In this document: positions 1 through 8,220 of the stretch, in pieces
How positions within the stretch are numbered: position 1 is the stretch's first letter
Layout: each line of letters begins with the position of its first letter
Source of the DNA: Haloarculaceae archaeon
GTDB lineage: Archaea > Halobacteriota > Halobacteria > Halobacteriales > Haloarculaceae
DNA length: 63,137 nucleotides
Reading direction: 5' to 3'
NCBI GenBank assembly: GCA_018609945.1
Contig: JAHENO010000011.1
Location: forward strand, 1-63,137
Translations under genes and position numbers: made by a program
Notes under the pieces: generated by a model
Told to the model about the DNA's origin: nothing
Seen by the model: the letters and a program-made list of their open reading frames with translations, nothing else
The model's database searches: none

Positions 1-801
1 GTCGTTCATCGCCGCGACGGGTGCCGACCTGCCGGTCCAGACTTCGAAAGCCTCCACGCCCTGGTAGAGGAGCATCCACGCGCCGTCGACCGTGGTCGCG
101 CCGGCCGCACTGGCGTCGCGGAGCAGCCGCGTCTCGATCGGCGAGTACACCGCGTCCAGCACCGCGAGGTCGGCATGCAGCGCCTCGGCGGGCACGGGCG
201 AGCGGTCCTCCTCCATCCCGACGCTCGTGGCGTTGACCAGCACGTCTGCCCCGGCCAGCAGGTCCGGCAGTGCATCCAGCCCGTGGCCCGCCACGGCCTC
301 GGGTCCGTCGGGATGTGACTCCGCGACAGCGTCCGCGAGGTCCTGTGCCTTCGGCTCGGTCCGGTTGGTGACGTGGACGGCCATTCCCTCCTCGGCAAGC
401 GCGAAGGCCACGGCCCGGCCGGCACCCCCCGCGCCGACGACGACCGCAGTGCCTGCCAGTTCGACGCCGTGATGGGCGAGCGCGCGCGTCACCCCCGCGG
501 CGTCGGTGTTGTATCCTTTCGGCGGGTCAGTCGTGAGGTCGATGGTGTTGACTGCCCCGACGCGGGTCGCCAGCGGGTCGGGGTCGACGGCCGCCAGCAC
601 CTCCTGCTTGAACGGGATGGTGACGTTCAGTCCAGCCACCCCCAGCGTCGTGGCGCTCTCGACGGCCGCCGCGCCGGCCTCGGCGGGCGGTTCGAAAGTC
701 ACGTACCGGGCGTCCAGTCCCAGTTCGGCGTAGGCGGCCTCGTGCATCGGCGGCGACAGGGAGTGCTTGACCGGGTTGCCGATGAGCCCGTAGACGTCCA
801 T
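1..801 (-). CDS. aroE: Shikimate 5-dehydrogenase; C-terminal end runs off the window (no stop seen)
   Basis: Hand translation of the minus strand from ATG (complement of 799-801): [24 protein letters not shown]...[12 protein letters not shown]...[20 protein letters not shown]. These are AroE-type motifs. The frame stays open to base 1, so it is absent from the ORF track. Confidence 0.9.
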   Translation of the reverse strand, partial: MDVYGLIGNPVKHSLSPPMHEAAYAELGLDARYVTFEPPAEAGAAAVESATTLGVAGLNVTIPFKQEVLAAVDPDPLATRVGAVNTIDLTTDPPKGYNTDAAGVTRALAHHGVELAGTAVVVGAGGAGRAVAFALAEEGMAVHVTNRTEPKAQDLADAVAESHPDGPEAVAGHGLDALPDLLAGADVLVNATSVGMEEDRSPVPAEALHADLAVLDAVYSPIETRLLRDASAAGATTVDGAWMLLYQGVEAFEVWTGRSAPVAAMND

Positions 802-883
802 ACCCGCGTCTCGGCCGCTGCCAGTAAATGCGTTGCCGGTTCCAGGTCCTACGGTCTTTTATTCTCGAGCGACTAGGCCACCC

Positions 884-1186
884 ATGCGCCGGCGCCCGCC
901 CTCGGGGAGACTGACGCTCCTCGATTTCCTCGACGTGGCCCTGCTTGGGTCGATCGCCCTCTCTGCCGGGGTGTCGCTGGTGACGCCCATCGGCGTCGAG
1001 GGACCACCTCCGGAGGCTGGTCCCGCCAGCACTGCGACGGTCCTCCTTGTCCGGGCACTCGCCGCCCTCTCGGGAACCTGGGAGGCGCTCGGCGTCCTGC
1101 TGGTGCTTTCCGGGACTGCGATGCTCCTCGTCGGGCCGCTGTGGGTGTTCGTCGTCCAGCCGCTCGGCCGCCGCGGGTACCTCTGA
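884..1186 (+). CDS. Hypothetical membrane protein
   Basis: Track ORF 833-1186 trimmed to internal ATG 884 (MRRRPPSGRLTLLDFLDVALLG...). About 3 hydrophobic helices. No family recognised. Confidence 0.45.
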   Translation: MRRRPPSGRLTLLDFLDVALLGSIALSAGVSLVTPIGVEGPPPEAGPASTATVLLVRALAALSGTWEALGVLLVLSGTAMLLVGPLWVFVVQPLGRRGYL

Positions 1187-1240
1187 CGCGTCCCTCGGCG
1201 AGGCGGCCTCCCGGTGCCGGCGGTTCGGGGCCGGCGCGGG

Positions 1241-1441
1241 TTAGGGCTCCGGGAGATCACCGACCTGCACGTACTGCCAGTACAGGTACAGGAAGTATGC
1301 GATCGCGACGACCATCCCGAGCGCGGGGAGGAGATAGCCCTGCCAAAATACGGCCATCGTGACCAGCACCGCGCCCACGAGTATCAGCCGGACGAACAGG
1401 AACCCGAGGAGGTTGCTCAGGAAGCGGCCGTACGGGCCCAT
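1241..1441 (-). CDS. Small membrane protein (66 aa)
   Basis: Two hydrophobic helices. Lies 10 nt downstream of the preceding same-strand gene and is the last gene of the apparent PEBP operon. Confidence 0.55.
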   Translation of the reverse strand: MGPYGRFLSNLLGFLFVRLILVGAVLVTMAVFWQGYLLPALGMVVAIAYFLYLYWQYVQVGDLPEP

Positions 1442-1451
1442 GGCCGGCGAC

Positions 1452-1871
1452 TCACCGATAGTACCAGCTCCAGACCGGCCCGGCGACGACGAGCGCGAGC
1501 CCCAGCGCGACGAGGAGCAGGGGCAGGTGGCCCAGGGAGACGACGGACGCGCCGGTCGTCGCCGACTGCGTGCTGGTACTGCCTGTCGACGGGTCTGACA
1601 GCAACAGCAGGGCGGCGTCCTGGGGGAGCATCGCCGGGTACGACCTGTCGGGCGAGACGTTGAAAAACCGGATGAGGTGGGGCATCGACCCCGCGGCGTC
1701 CGCCACGTAGTTCAGGGTGACCCCGATCCCTGCGAGGATGACACCAAGGAGGCTGATGTCGAGGCCGGACGAGCGGGCGACCTTCGGCGGCACCATCACC
1801 CGTAATTTGGCCCGTAGCCGCATAGGTTTTCTGACGCGGTGTCCGCGTCCCGCTCGGGGACCCTCTGTCAC
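1452..1871 (-). CDS. Membrane protein (139 aa) with Ser/Thr-rich loop
   Basis: ATG overlaps the stop of the upstream gene (ATGA at 1868-1871). Hydrophobic helices flank the STGSTSTQSATTGAS loop. Confidence 0.55.
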   Translation of the reverse strand: MTEGPRAGRGHRVRKPMRLRAKLRVMVPPKVARSSGLDISLLGVILAGIGVTLNYVADAAGSMPHLIRFFNVSPDRSYPAMLPQDAALLLLSDPSTGSTSTQSATTGASVVSLGHLPLLLVALGLALVVAGPVWSWYYR

Positions 1872-2104
1872 TGGAAGTATCCCCGCACCCGCGGGTAGAG
1901 GACGCGTCTGGCGAATGAGAACGCGAGGTACGCGAAGAAGGCCGCCACCAGGTACCCGATGCCCTCGACGATCAGGTGGTCGGCACCCGCATCGCCCCCG
2001 CCGGGATGGGCCACCGCACGCCCCGCGGCCGCCAGCACCGCGAACGCGACAGCCGCGGCCGGGAGCACGACCCGGGACAGTTGCGGAGGGATGGTCGGCG
2101 CCAC
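1868..2104 (-). CDS. Small membrane protein (78 aa)
   Basis: Two hydrophobic helices. Starts 4 nt after the PEBP-family gene stop. Confidence 0.55.
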   Translation of the reverse strand: MAPTIPPQLSRVVLPAAAVAFAVLAAAGRAVAHPGGGDAGADHLIVEGIGYLVAAFFAYLAFSFARRVLYPRVRGYFQ

Positions 2105-2108
2105 GGGG

Positions 2109-2798
2109 TCACCTCCCGTGCCAGGCGGTGCAGACGGTCTCGACGACGTTCGTGTGGCCCTCGTTCGCCCCGATGGATTCGTGGGCCGAGGTGTGGAAGT
2201 CGTACCAGCCGGCCAGCTGGGTCTGTGCGAGGATGATGCCGTCCATCGCCTCGCCCAGCGCCCGCTTGCTCGCGCCGCGGGACAGCCCGACCGGTTCGGT
2301 CACCGCGTACAGCTTGAACCGGTACCACTGCTTGTTCGGCGGGTCCGGGCCGACGTACCCGTAGTCGCTGCCGCCGGGGCTGTTCCCGCCCTGGACGACC
2401 CCCTCCGGTGGGTTCCAGCCCTCCGGAACCGTGCCGATGTCGGGCGGAATGTTCCAGACCAGCCAGTGTGTGTACTCGCCGCCGGGGGCATCCGGGCCGT
2501 CCATGACCAGTACGAGCGAGTGGGCGCCGCCGGGGACGCCCCCGACCGCCAGGGGCGGGTTCACGTCCTCGAAGAAGTGGCCGAACCGGTTCGGAATCCG
2601 CTCGCCCTCCTCGAAGGTCGGCGAGGACAGGCGGAGGTCGCCCCGCTGGGAGACGTCGCCGAACGCGGGATTGCCCTCGGGAGCGCGCTCGCCCGGGAGG
2701 AGCGCGCACCCCCTGACGACCCCGATCCCCCCGACTCCCGCGAGACCGAGGCCGAGGCCGGACGCGAGGGCTGCCCGGCGCGTGACTGGTGTCGCCAT
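2109..2798 (-). CDS. Secreted YbhB/YbcL (PEBP / Raf-kinase-inhibitor-like) family protein with Tat signal
   Basis: N-terminal MATPVTRRAALASGLGLGLAG twin-arginine signal. PEBP core motifs YTHWLVWNIPPD and YVGPDPP...YRFKLYAV. Confidence 0.85.
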   Translation of the reverse strand: MATPVTRRAALASGLGLGLAGVGGIGVVRGCALLPGERAPEGNPAFGDVSQRGDLRLSSPTFEEGERIPNRFGHFFEDVNPPLAVGGVPGGAHSLVLVMDGPDAPGGEYTHWLVWNIPPDIGTVPEGWNPPEGVVQGGNSPGGSDYGYVGPDPPNKQWYRFKLYAVTEPVGLSRGASKRALGEAMDGIILAQTQLAGWYDFHTSAHESIGANEGHTNVVETVCTAWHGR

Positions 2799-2859
2799 GG
2801 GGACTCTTCTCGCCGAACGGGCCTAAGCGCTCGCTAACCAACCGGTAACCCGGCGGGGG

Positions 2860-3117
2860 TCACTCGAAGGTCAGTTCCTCCCGCCAGATGATCTCCCCGG
2901 CACTCCCGGTTGTCTTGAGTTCCTGCAGGACGTACTCCCCGTCGGGCAGGTCCTCCCGCTGGGTCACCTCCTCGGGGGTGAGCGCCTCGTCGTAACTCGT
3001 CACCCGCGGATTCGGGTCGGGGACCCGGCGCTCGAGCACGTATCCCTGGACCTCGTAGTCCTTTGTTCCGTCGTCGGTGCCGATCAGCGACCGGATCGTG
3101 TCTAGGATCGGGGCCAT
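2860..3117 (-). CDS. Small acidic hypothetical protein (85 aa)
   Basis: Track ORF 2860-3135 trimmed to MAPILDTIRSLIG. Acidic composition typical of haloarchaea. No family recognised. Confidence 0.5.
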   Translation of the reverse strand: MAPILDTIRSLIGTDDGTKDYEVQGYVLERRVPDPNPRVTSYDEALTPEEVTQREDLPDGEYVLQELKTTGSAGEIIWREELTFE

Positions 3118-3361
3118 GGCCCTCACCCCACACATGAATGGTTTCCCACTTGGTCCTTTCTCCGCAACCCGTTCCGACGCGGGTGAAAAATGAGTAAAAT
3201 ATTATACTACTGTTCATTTCACTTCTTTAAAAGCTGAATTAATTGGTGAGATTTATATTGTATCGGTTTGAATCTGGGAATGTCTATATAAATCTATGTA
3301 TAATTGAAGATAACGGACACGACGTGACAGGCTGAGATAACGAACCGCGAGGGAAGGAACC

Positions 3362-5119
3362 ATGGACGACGCAACCGACACGGACGGGCGAGAGGAACCG
3401 ACACGGACCGACGGTGGCGAGACAGTCACCGACGCGGACATCTACGCCCCCGACGAGGAGGGCAGCGAGTACTTCGAGTCGGTGTTCCGGCCGACGAACT
3501 ACGACGAGTTGGAGGACGCCCCCAAGACGGACGACTATCCAGACCAGGAGGGCAGTTACGGCATGGCCCAGGGCGGCGGGTACAAGCTGTTCGACCTCCC
3601 GAAGGTCCCGAAGGTCAGACACATCGTCGGCCCGAGCGCGATCATGCTCGGGGCGGCGCTGGGCAGCGGCGAGACGCTGTTCTGGCCGACGCTGATCGCG
3701 TCGAACGGCTGGGCGCTGTGGTGGGCGTTCTGGGTCGGCGTCGCCACCCAGTTCTTCATCAACACGGAGATTCAGCGGTGGTCGATGGCCACCGGCGAGA
3801 GCATCTTCCGTGCCTACGAGCGGGTCCACCTGGTCTGGCCGTGGTTTTTCCTGCTGGCCGGCTTCTTCCACGTCGGCTGGCCCGGCTGGGTGTCGGGCGC
3901 CGGTGAGGTCGGCGCGGCGTGGGTCGGCCTCGACCGCAGCCTCTGGTGGGCGATCGGCATCGCGCTGTTCATCTTCATCTACCTCAGCTACCAGGTCCAC
4001 CCCATCATCTACCTGGTCGTCGAGAAGGCACAGACCGTGCTGATGGGGATCGCGATCTCGTTCGCGATCGTGCTGATCTTCATCGCGGGCGCGGTCGGCC
4101 AGCTGCCCAGCATGGCCGTGGGGGCGTTCCAGTTCGGCACGCTCCCGGCGGATATGGACATTGCGGTGTTCCTCGGCGGGCTGGCATACGCCGGGGCAGG
4201 CGGATACATCAATCTCTCACAGAGCTTATGGGCCCGCGAGAAGGGCTACGGGATGAGCAGCTACCAGGGTCGCGTGAAGAACCCGCTGATCGGCGACGAA
4301 CCCGAGGCGATCCACGAGAACGGGATCACCTTCAAGGCCGACGAACTCAACATGCGCCGCTGGCGGTCCTGGTGGAAGGTCGTCCAGGCCGAGCACTTCC
4401 TGACGTTCGTGCTGGGCCTGCTGATCGTCACGATGTCGACCGCCTCCGTCGCCCGGAAGTTCGCCGCCGGGACCGACGAGGGCGCAATCGCCATGTGGCT
4501 CGACGTCATCGTCCCGCAACTGGGCGGCGCCGTCGCGTTCTTCCTGTACGGCGTACTGTTCATCGCGCTGTTCAGCACCCAGTACGCGATCCTCGAGGCG
4601 TTCGTCCGCAACAGCGTCGACATCGTCTACGAAGGATTCGGCCGCGCGCGGGGCTGGAATCTCGACCGGACCTTCTGGGCCCTGCTCACCATCTTCACGC
4701 TGTGGGGCATCGTCATCATCGGTGCCCGGTTCCAGCAGCCCTGGATCCTGCTGGTCATCGGCGCCGCCATCGCCGGCGTGATGATGTGGCCGTACAACGC
4801 GCTGACGATCATCCTGAACGTCACGAAGCTGCCGGAGCACGTCCAGCCCGGCTGGGCGCGGATCGTCGCCATGTGGTGGGCGACGGGCTTCTTCGGGTAC
4901 TTCAGCGTGTTGCTGATCGCCGATCAGCTCGTCAGCCGGTTCGGCCTCGAGACGTTCGCGACCTCGCCCGCGGTCGCCGGTAGCTCGACCGGCGCGTACG
5001 TCCTCTGGGCGCTCGCAGTGCTCGTCCAGCTGTACACGATGTACCGCACCGCGACGGCCAAGATGGCCACCTCGGGCACGGTTGACGACGCCGACGTCGC
5101 GCGGGGCTTCCTGCACTGA
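3362..5119 (+). CDS. Nramp-related / APC-fold membrane transporter with acidic N-terminal extension; non-canonical metal-site motifs
   Basis: 585 aa with more than 10 hydrophobic helices. The region GPSAIMLGAALGSGETLFWP...QFFINTEIQRWSMATGESIF resembles Nramp TM1-TM3, but DPGN is replaced by GSGE. The MPHN-equivalent reads GGYINLSQS. Confidence 0.6.
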   Translation: MDDATDTDGREEPTRTDGGETVTDADIYAPDEEGSEYFESVFRPTNYDELEDAPKTDDYPDQEGSYGMAQGGGYKLFDLPKVPKVRHIVGPSAIMLGAALGSGETLFWPTLIASNGWALWWAFWVGVATQFFINTEIQRWSMATGESIFRAYERVHLVWPWFFLLAGFFHVGWPGWVSGAGEVGAAWVGLDRSLWWAIGIALFIFIYLSYQVHPIIYLVVEKAQTVLMGIAISFAIVLIFIAGAVGQLPSMAVGAFQFGTLPADMDIAVFLGGLAYAGAGGYINLSQSLWAREKGYGMSSYQGRVKNPLIGDEPEAIHENGITFKADELNMRRWRSWWKVVQAEHFLTFVLGLLIVTMSTASVARKFAAGTDEGAIAMWLDVIVPQLGGAVAFFLYGVLFIALFSTQYAILEAFVRNSVDIVYEGFGRARGWNLDRTFWALLTIFTLWGIVIIGARFQQPWILLVIGAAIAGVMMWPYNALTIILNVTKLPEHVQPGWARIVAMWWATGFFGYFSVLLIADQLVSRFGLETFATSPAVAGSSTGAYVLWALAVLVQLYTMYRTATAKMATSGTVDDADVARGFLH

Positions 5120-5168
5120 CCGCCACACCCACACGCTTTTATCGCAGGCGGCGACACCTTACCCAGCG

Positions 5169-5600
5169 ATGGCTACACGGTCCGATTCGCTGCCGGCCTG
5201 GCTCGGGCGCGCCCTGGCGACGTACAGCCTCGCGGTCTACGCCGTCGGGCTGCTCGTGATCGCCCTGACGCGGGTTGCCGGCGACCGTCTCGGTGTCCCG
5301 TTCCCGGCGCGCGCCCGGCAGGCGGCCGTGGTGGTCGCGCTCGCCGTGATGGCGGTGACCTACCTCGCCGAACGCCGATTCACGCTCGACGGGGACGGGA
5401 CGGACGGCGAGAGCGCGACGAGCGACGATGAATACTCCCTGACCGCGCGTGCGGCCGTGGCCGCGGCCGCCATCGGTGTCGCGGTCGCCGTCTACCTCGC
5501 CGTCGCGCTCGACCGCTTTTTCGCCGGCGCGCTGTTTATCTTCGGCGCGTACCTGTTCGTCTACATGGCCTACCGGTACGAGGAACGGGAGGGGGCGTGA
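5169..5600 (+). CDS. Hypothetical membrane protein
   Basis: Track ORF 5082-5600 trimmed to ATG 5169 (MATRSDSLPAWLGRALATYSLAVYAVGLLVIAL). 4 hydrophobic helices. Confidence 0.5.
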   Translation: MATRSDSLPAWLGRALATYSLAVYAVGLLVIALTRVAGDRLGVPFPARARQAAVVVALAVMAVTYLAERRFTLDGDGTDGESATSDDEYSLTARAAVAAAAIGVAVAVYLAVALDRFFAGALFIFGAYLFVYMAYRYEEREGA

Positions 5601-6142
5601 TGGCGGCCGAGGGCGCGCCGGCCGACCCCGACGACCTGCCCAGTTCCGACATCGAGGTCGAGGCGGCGGTCCACTTCCTGATGAAGGGGACCTTCCCGAT
5701 GCGGATCGCGGAGGTGTTCTTCACCGCCCGCGGCGTCTACCTCGCAGACTACTCCTACATCACGCCGCTGCTGGGCCTGGGGACGCGCAAACACCGCAAG
5801 AACGCACAGGCCATGCAGGAACTGTACGAGACGTTCGGCATCGACGCGGTGTTGGTCCAGGCCGACCAGGTGACCTGGCTCGACTACGGGTTGCTCCACC
5901 GGGTCGAACTGTACAGCGGCGGCCGCTTCGGGCGCCCGAAGCTGACGGTCTACACGACGGACGGCCCCTCGTACGCCTACCGGTCGCTCGGCGACAGGGA
6001 CTTCGAGTCCATGGTGAGCGACGTCCGGTCCGTCGCGGACCGCCACGGCCTCGACCTCGAGGTCGCCGACGCGGTGGGGCTCACCCCGCGCCGGAACGTG
6101 CGGCGGTTTTTCGACCAGGAATCGCCGCCCGAGCGCGAATGA
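5597..6142 (+). CDS. Hypothetical protein (181 aa)
   Basis: Start overlaps the upstream stop (GTGATG). Globular, acidic, protein-like composition. No family recognised. Confidence 0.6.
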   Translation: MMAAEGAPADPDDLPSSDIEVEAAVHFLMKGTFPMRIAEVFFTARGVYLADYSYITPLLGLGTRKHRKNAQAMQELYETFGIDAVLVQADQVTWLDYGLLHRVELYSGGRFGRPKLTVYTTDGPSYAYRSLGDRDFESMVSDVRSVADRHGLDLEVADAVGLTPRRNVRRFFDQESPPERE

Positions 6143-6713
6143 GCGCCGCACCGCCCGTCGCGACCACCAGGCCGACGACGTACAACAGCACCACCAGCAC
6201 CGAGAGCGGAGCCGGCCCCCGGCGGGACCGCTCGCGGCGGTCGAGCAGCCCGGCACACCGGTCGACGAACCACCGCACGGCCGCGGCCGTCCGCGAGTCG
6301 GGGTGGGCAGCCAGCGTCCGCGCGACCGGCGGGCTCACGAGGTAGTACAGCCCGACCAGCACCCGGCCCGGGACCGTCGGCCGGAGCGTCTCGTCCCGGA
6401 ACTCGCGGAGCGTCTCGAGGGTCTCCCCCTCGCCGGCGACGGCGGTCGTCAGGAAACACGCCGGGTTGTGCTGGTGGACCTCGACGCGGACGACCTCGCC
6501 TTTCCGGTAGCGGGTGGTCTCTTCCTCCTCGAATTCCATCGAGGGGGCGACGATGAATTCCTCGGCGCTGTACCGGTAGTACACCTCGCCGTGTTCGACC
6601 TCCTCGCCCGAGGCGAGCGTGACGCGCACGAACTTCTCGCGGTCGTCGCCGATGTCGCCGGGCAGCCCCGCGAACGGGTCCTCCTCCGCCTCGTCGTCGC
6701 TGTCCGCGGCCAT
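6081..6713 (-). CDS. Hypothetical protein with CFLTTA...LREFRD motif and C-terminal TM anchor
   Basis: Track ORF 6081-6806 trimmed to MAADSDDEAEEDP (ATG complement of 6711-6713). Acidic N-domain, then NPACFLTTAVAGEGETLETLREFRDETL, then the TM helix LSVLVVLLYVVGLVVATGGAALI. Confidence 0.55.
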   Translation of the reverse strand: MAADSDDEAEEDPFAGLPGDIGDDREKFVRVTLASGEEVEHGEVYYRYSAEEFIVAPSMEFEEEETTRYRKGEVVRVEVHQHNPACFLTTAVAGEGETLETLREFRDETLRPTVPGRVLVGLYYLVSPPVARTLAAHPDSRTAAAVRWFVDRCAGLLDRRERSRRGPAPLSVLVVLLYVVGLVVATGGAALIRARAAIPGRKTAARSGAG

Positions 6714-6834
6714 CGTATCGTCCCCGGGTTGGCTGTGGGGGCATAAGTGCGTTCCGAGGGTGGTTGTGCCGGCAGACCTGGATTCGGCGACAGTTTCGAA
6801 AACCATTCAAGCAGTACCGTAGTGGCTACGGATA

Positions 6835-8220
6835 GTGAGTCGCCTCCGCCACCCGCTCGTGGCCGTGGCCGTGACGACCTTGCTGACGCTGCCGTGGGTC
6901 GGAATCTGGGCGTCGGGAGCCCACCCCGGCAACTTCACGACCGTGTTCTTCAGCGGGCTGGCGATCCTCGGGGCTTCCTTCCTGCTGGCGTGGGGAGCCG
7001 AGACCGCAGAGAAGGACGTCCCCCGGGCCTTCGCTATCGCGGTGCTCGCGGTGCTCGCCGTGGCCCCGGAGTACGCTGTCGACGCGCTCTATGCCTGGAA
7101 CGCCGGCGCCGGCGGCGCGACCGCGGAGGCCTGCGCGGAGTTCACGGCCGCCGAGATCGAGGCCCAGGGGAGCACGCTCGCGCGCGCCTGCCACGACGCG
7201 AACCTCGCCATCGCGAACATGACGGGCGCGAACCGCATTCTCATCGGCATCGGGTGGGCCGGTATCGCCGTCTTCACCGTGTGGCGCGCCGCGATCACGC
7301 GCGACCCCGCGGTCGTGGACCGCGAGGGATGGCTCGCGGACACCGTCACTCTCGACAGCGACATCGCCACCGAGATCACCTTCCTCTTCCTGGCGACCCT
7401 CTGGGCGTTTTTCGTGCCGCTCGGCGGGGGCATCGGAGCGTTCGACACGCTGTTCTTGGTCGGCCTCTACGTGTCCTACATCGGGCTGGTGCTCAAATCG
7501 GACATCGAGGCCAGCGAACACACCGTGGGCGTCCCGAAGTACCTGCAGGGGTGGTCCCGCCCCTGGCGCCCACTCGTGGTCATTCTCCTCTTCGGGTACT
7601 CCGGCGCGATGATCTTCATCGCGGTCGAGCCCTTCGCACACGGGCTGGAGGTCATCGGCGTCCAGAACGGCATCCCCGAGTTCTTCATGATCCAGTGGGT
7701 CGCACCGCTGGCCAGCGAATCGCCCGAACTCATCGTCGTCACAGTCCTCGTGATGAAGGCCCGGTCGACGGCGGGGTTCAACGCCCTCATCTCCTCGAAG
7801 CTCAACCAGTGGACGCTGCTGATCGGGACCATCGCGGTGGTTTACTCGCTGGCCCTGGGCGCCTACGGCACGCTCCCCTTCGACGCCCGGCAGGGCGCGG
7901 AGATCTGGATCACCGCCGGGCAGTCGTACTTCGCGCTCGCCATCCTCTGTAACTTCGAGATCAGCATCCGGGAGGCCCTGGCGCTGTTCGCCCTGTTCAT
8001 CTCGCAGGTCCTGGTCGAGTTCGCCATCATCCGGGACCTCCTCGTGTTGCCGATCTCGAGTCACGACCTGTTGCTGGCGTACACGGCGGTCTACCTGGTG
8101 CTGGGGACCGGGCTGTTCGTCAGCCGGCGGCGGTCGGTGCGACGCCTGTTCGGCCTGGCCGGCGACGCCATCCGGACCGCCGTGGGCCGCGAGCCGATTC
8201 ATCTGGAGCGGGCCGACTGA
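6835..8220 (+). CDS. CaCA-superfamily cation/Ca2+ exchanger membrane protein
   Basis: GTG start. Many TM helices. Two alpha-repeat-like motifs: AETAEKDVP...LAVAPEYAVD and VAPLASESPELIVVTVL. Confidence 0.72.
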   Translation: MSRLRHPLVAVAVTTLLTLPWVGIWASGAHPGNFTTVFFSGLAILGASFLLAWGAETAEKDVPRAFAIAVLAVLAVAPEYAVDALYAWNAGAGGATAEACAEFTAAEIEAQGSTLARACHDANLAIANMTGANRILIGIGWAGIAVFTVWRAAITRDPAVVDREGWLADTVTLDSDIATEITFLFLATLWAFFVPLGGGIGAFDTLFLVGLYVSYIGLVLKSDIEASEHTVGVPKYLQGWSRPWRPLVVILLFGYSGAMIFIAVEPFAHGLEVIGVQNGIPEFFMIQWVAPLASESPELIVVTVLVMKARSTAGFNALISSKLNQWTLLIGTIAVVYSLALGAYGTLPFDARQGAEIWITAGQSYFALAILCNFEISIREALALFALFISQVLVEFAIIRDLLVLPISSHDLLLAYTAVYLVLGTGLFVSRRRSVRRLFGLAGDAIRTAVGREPIHLERAD

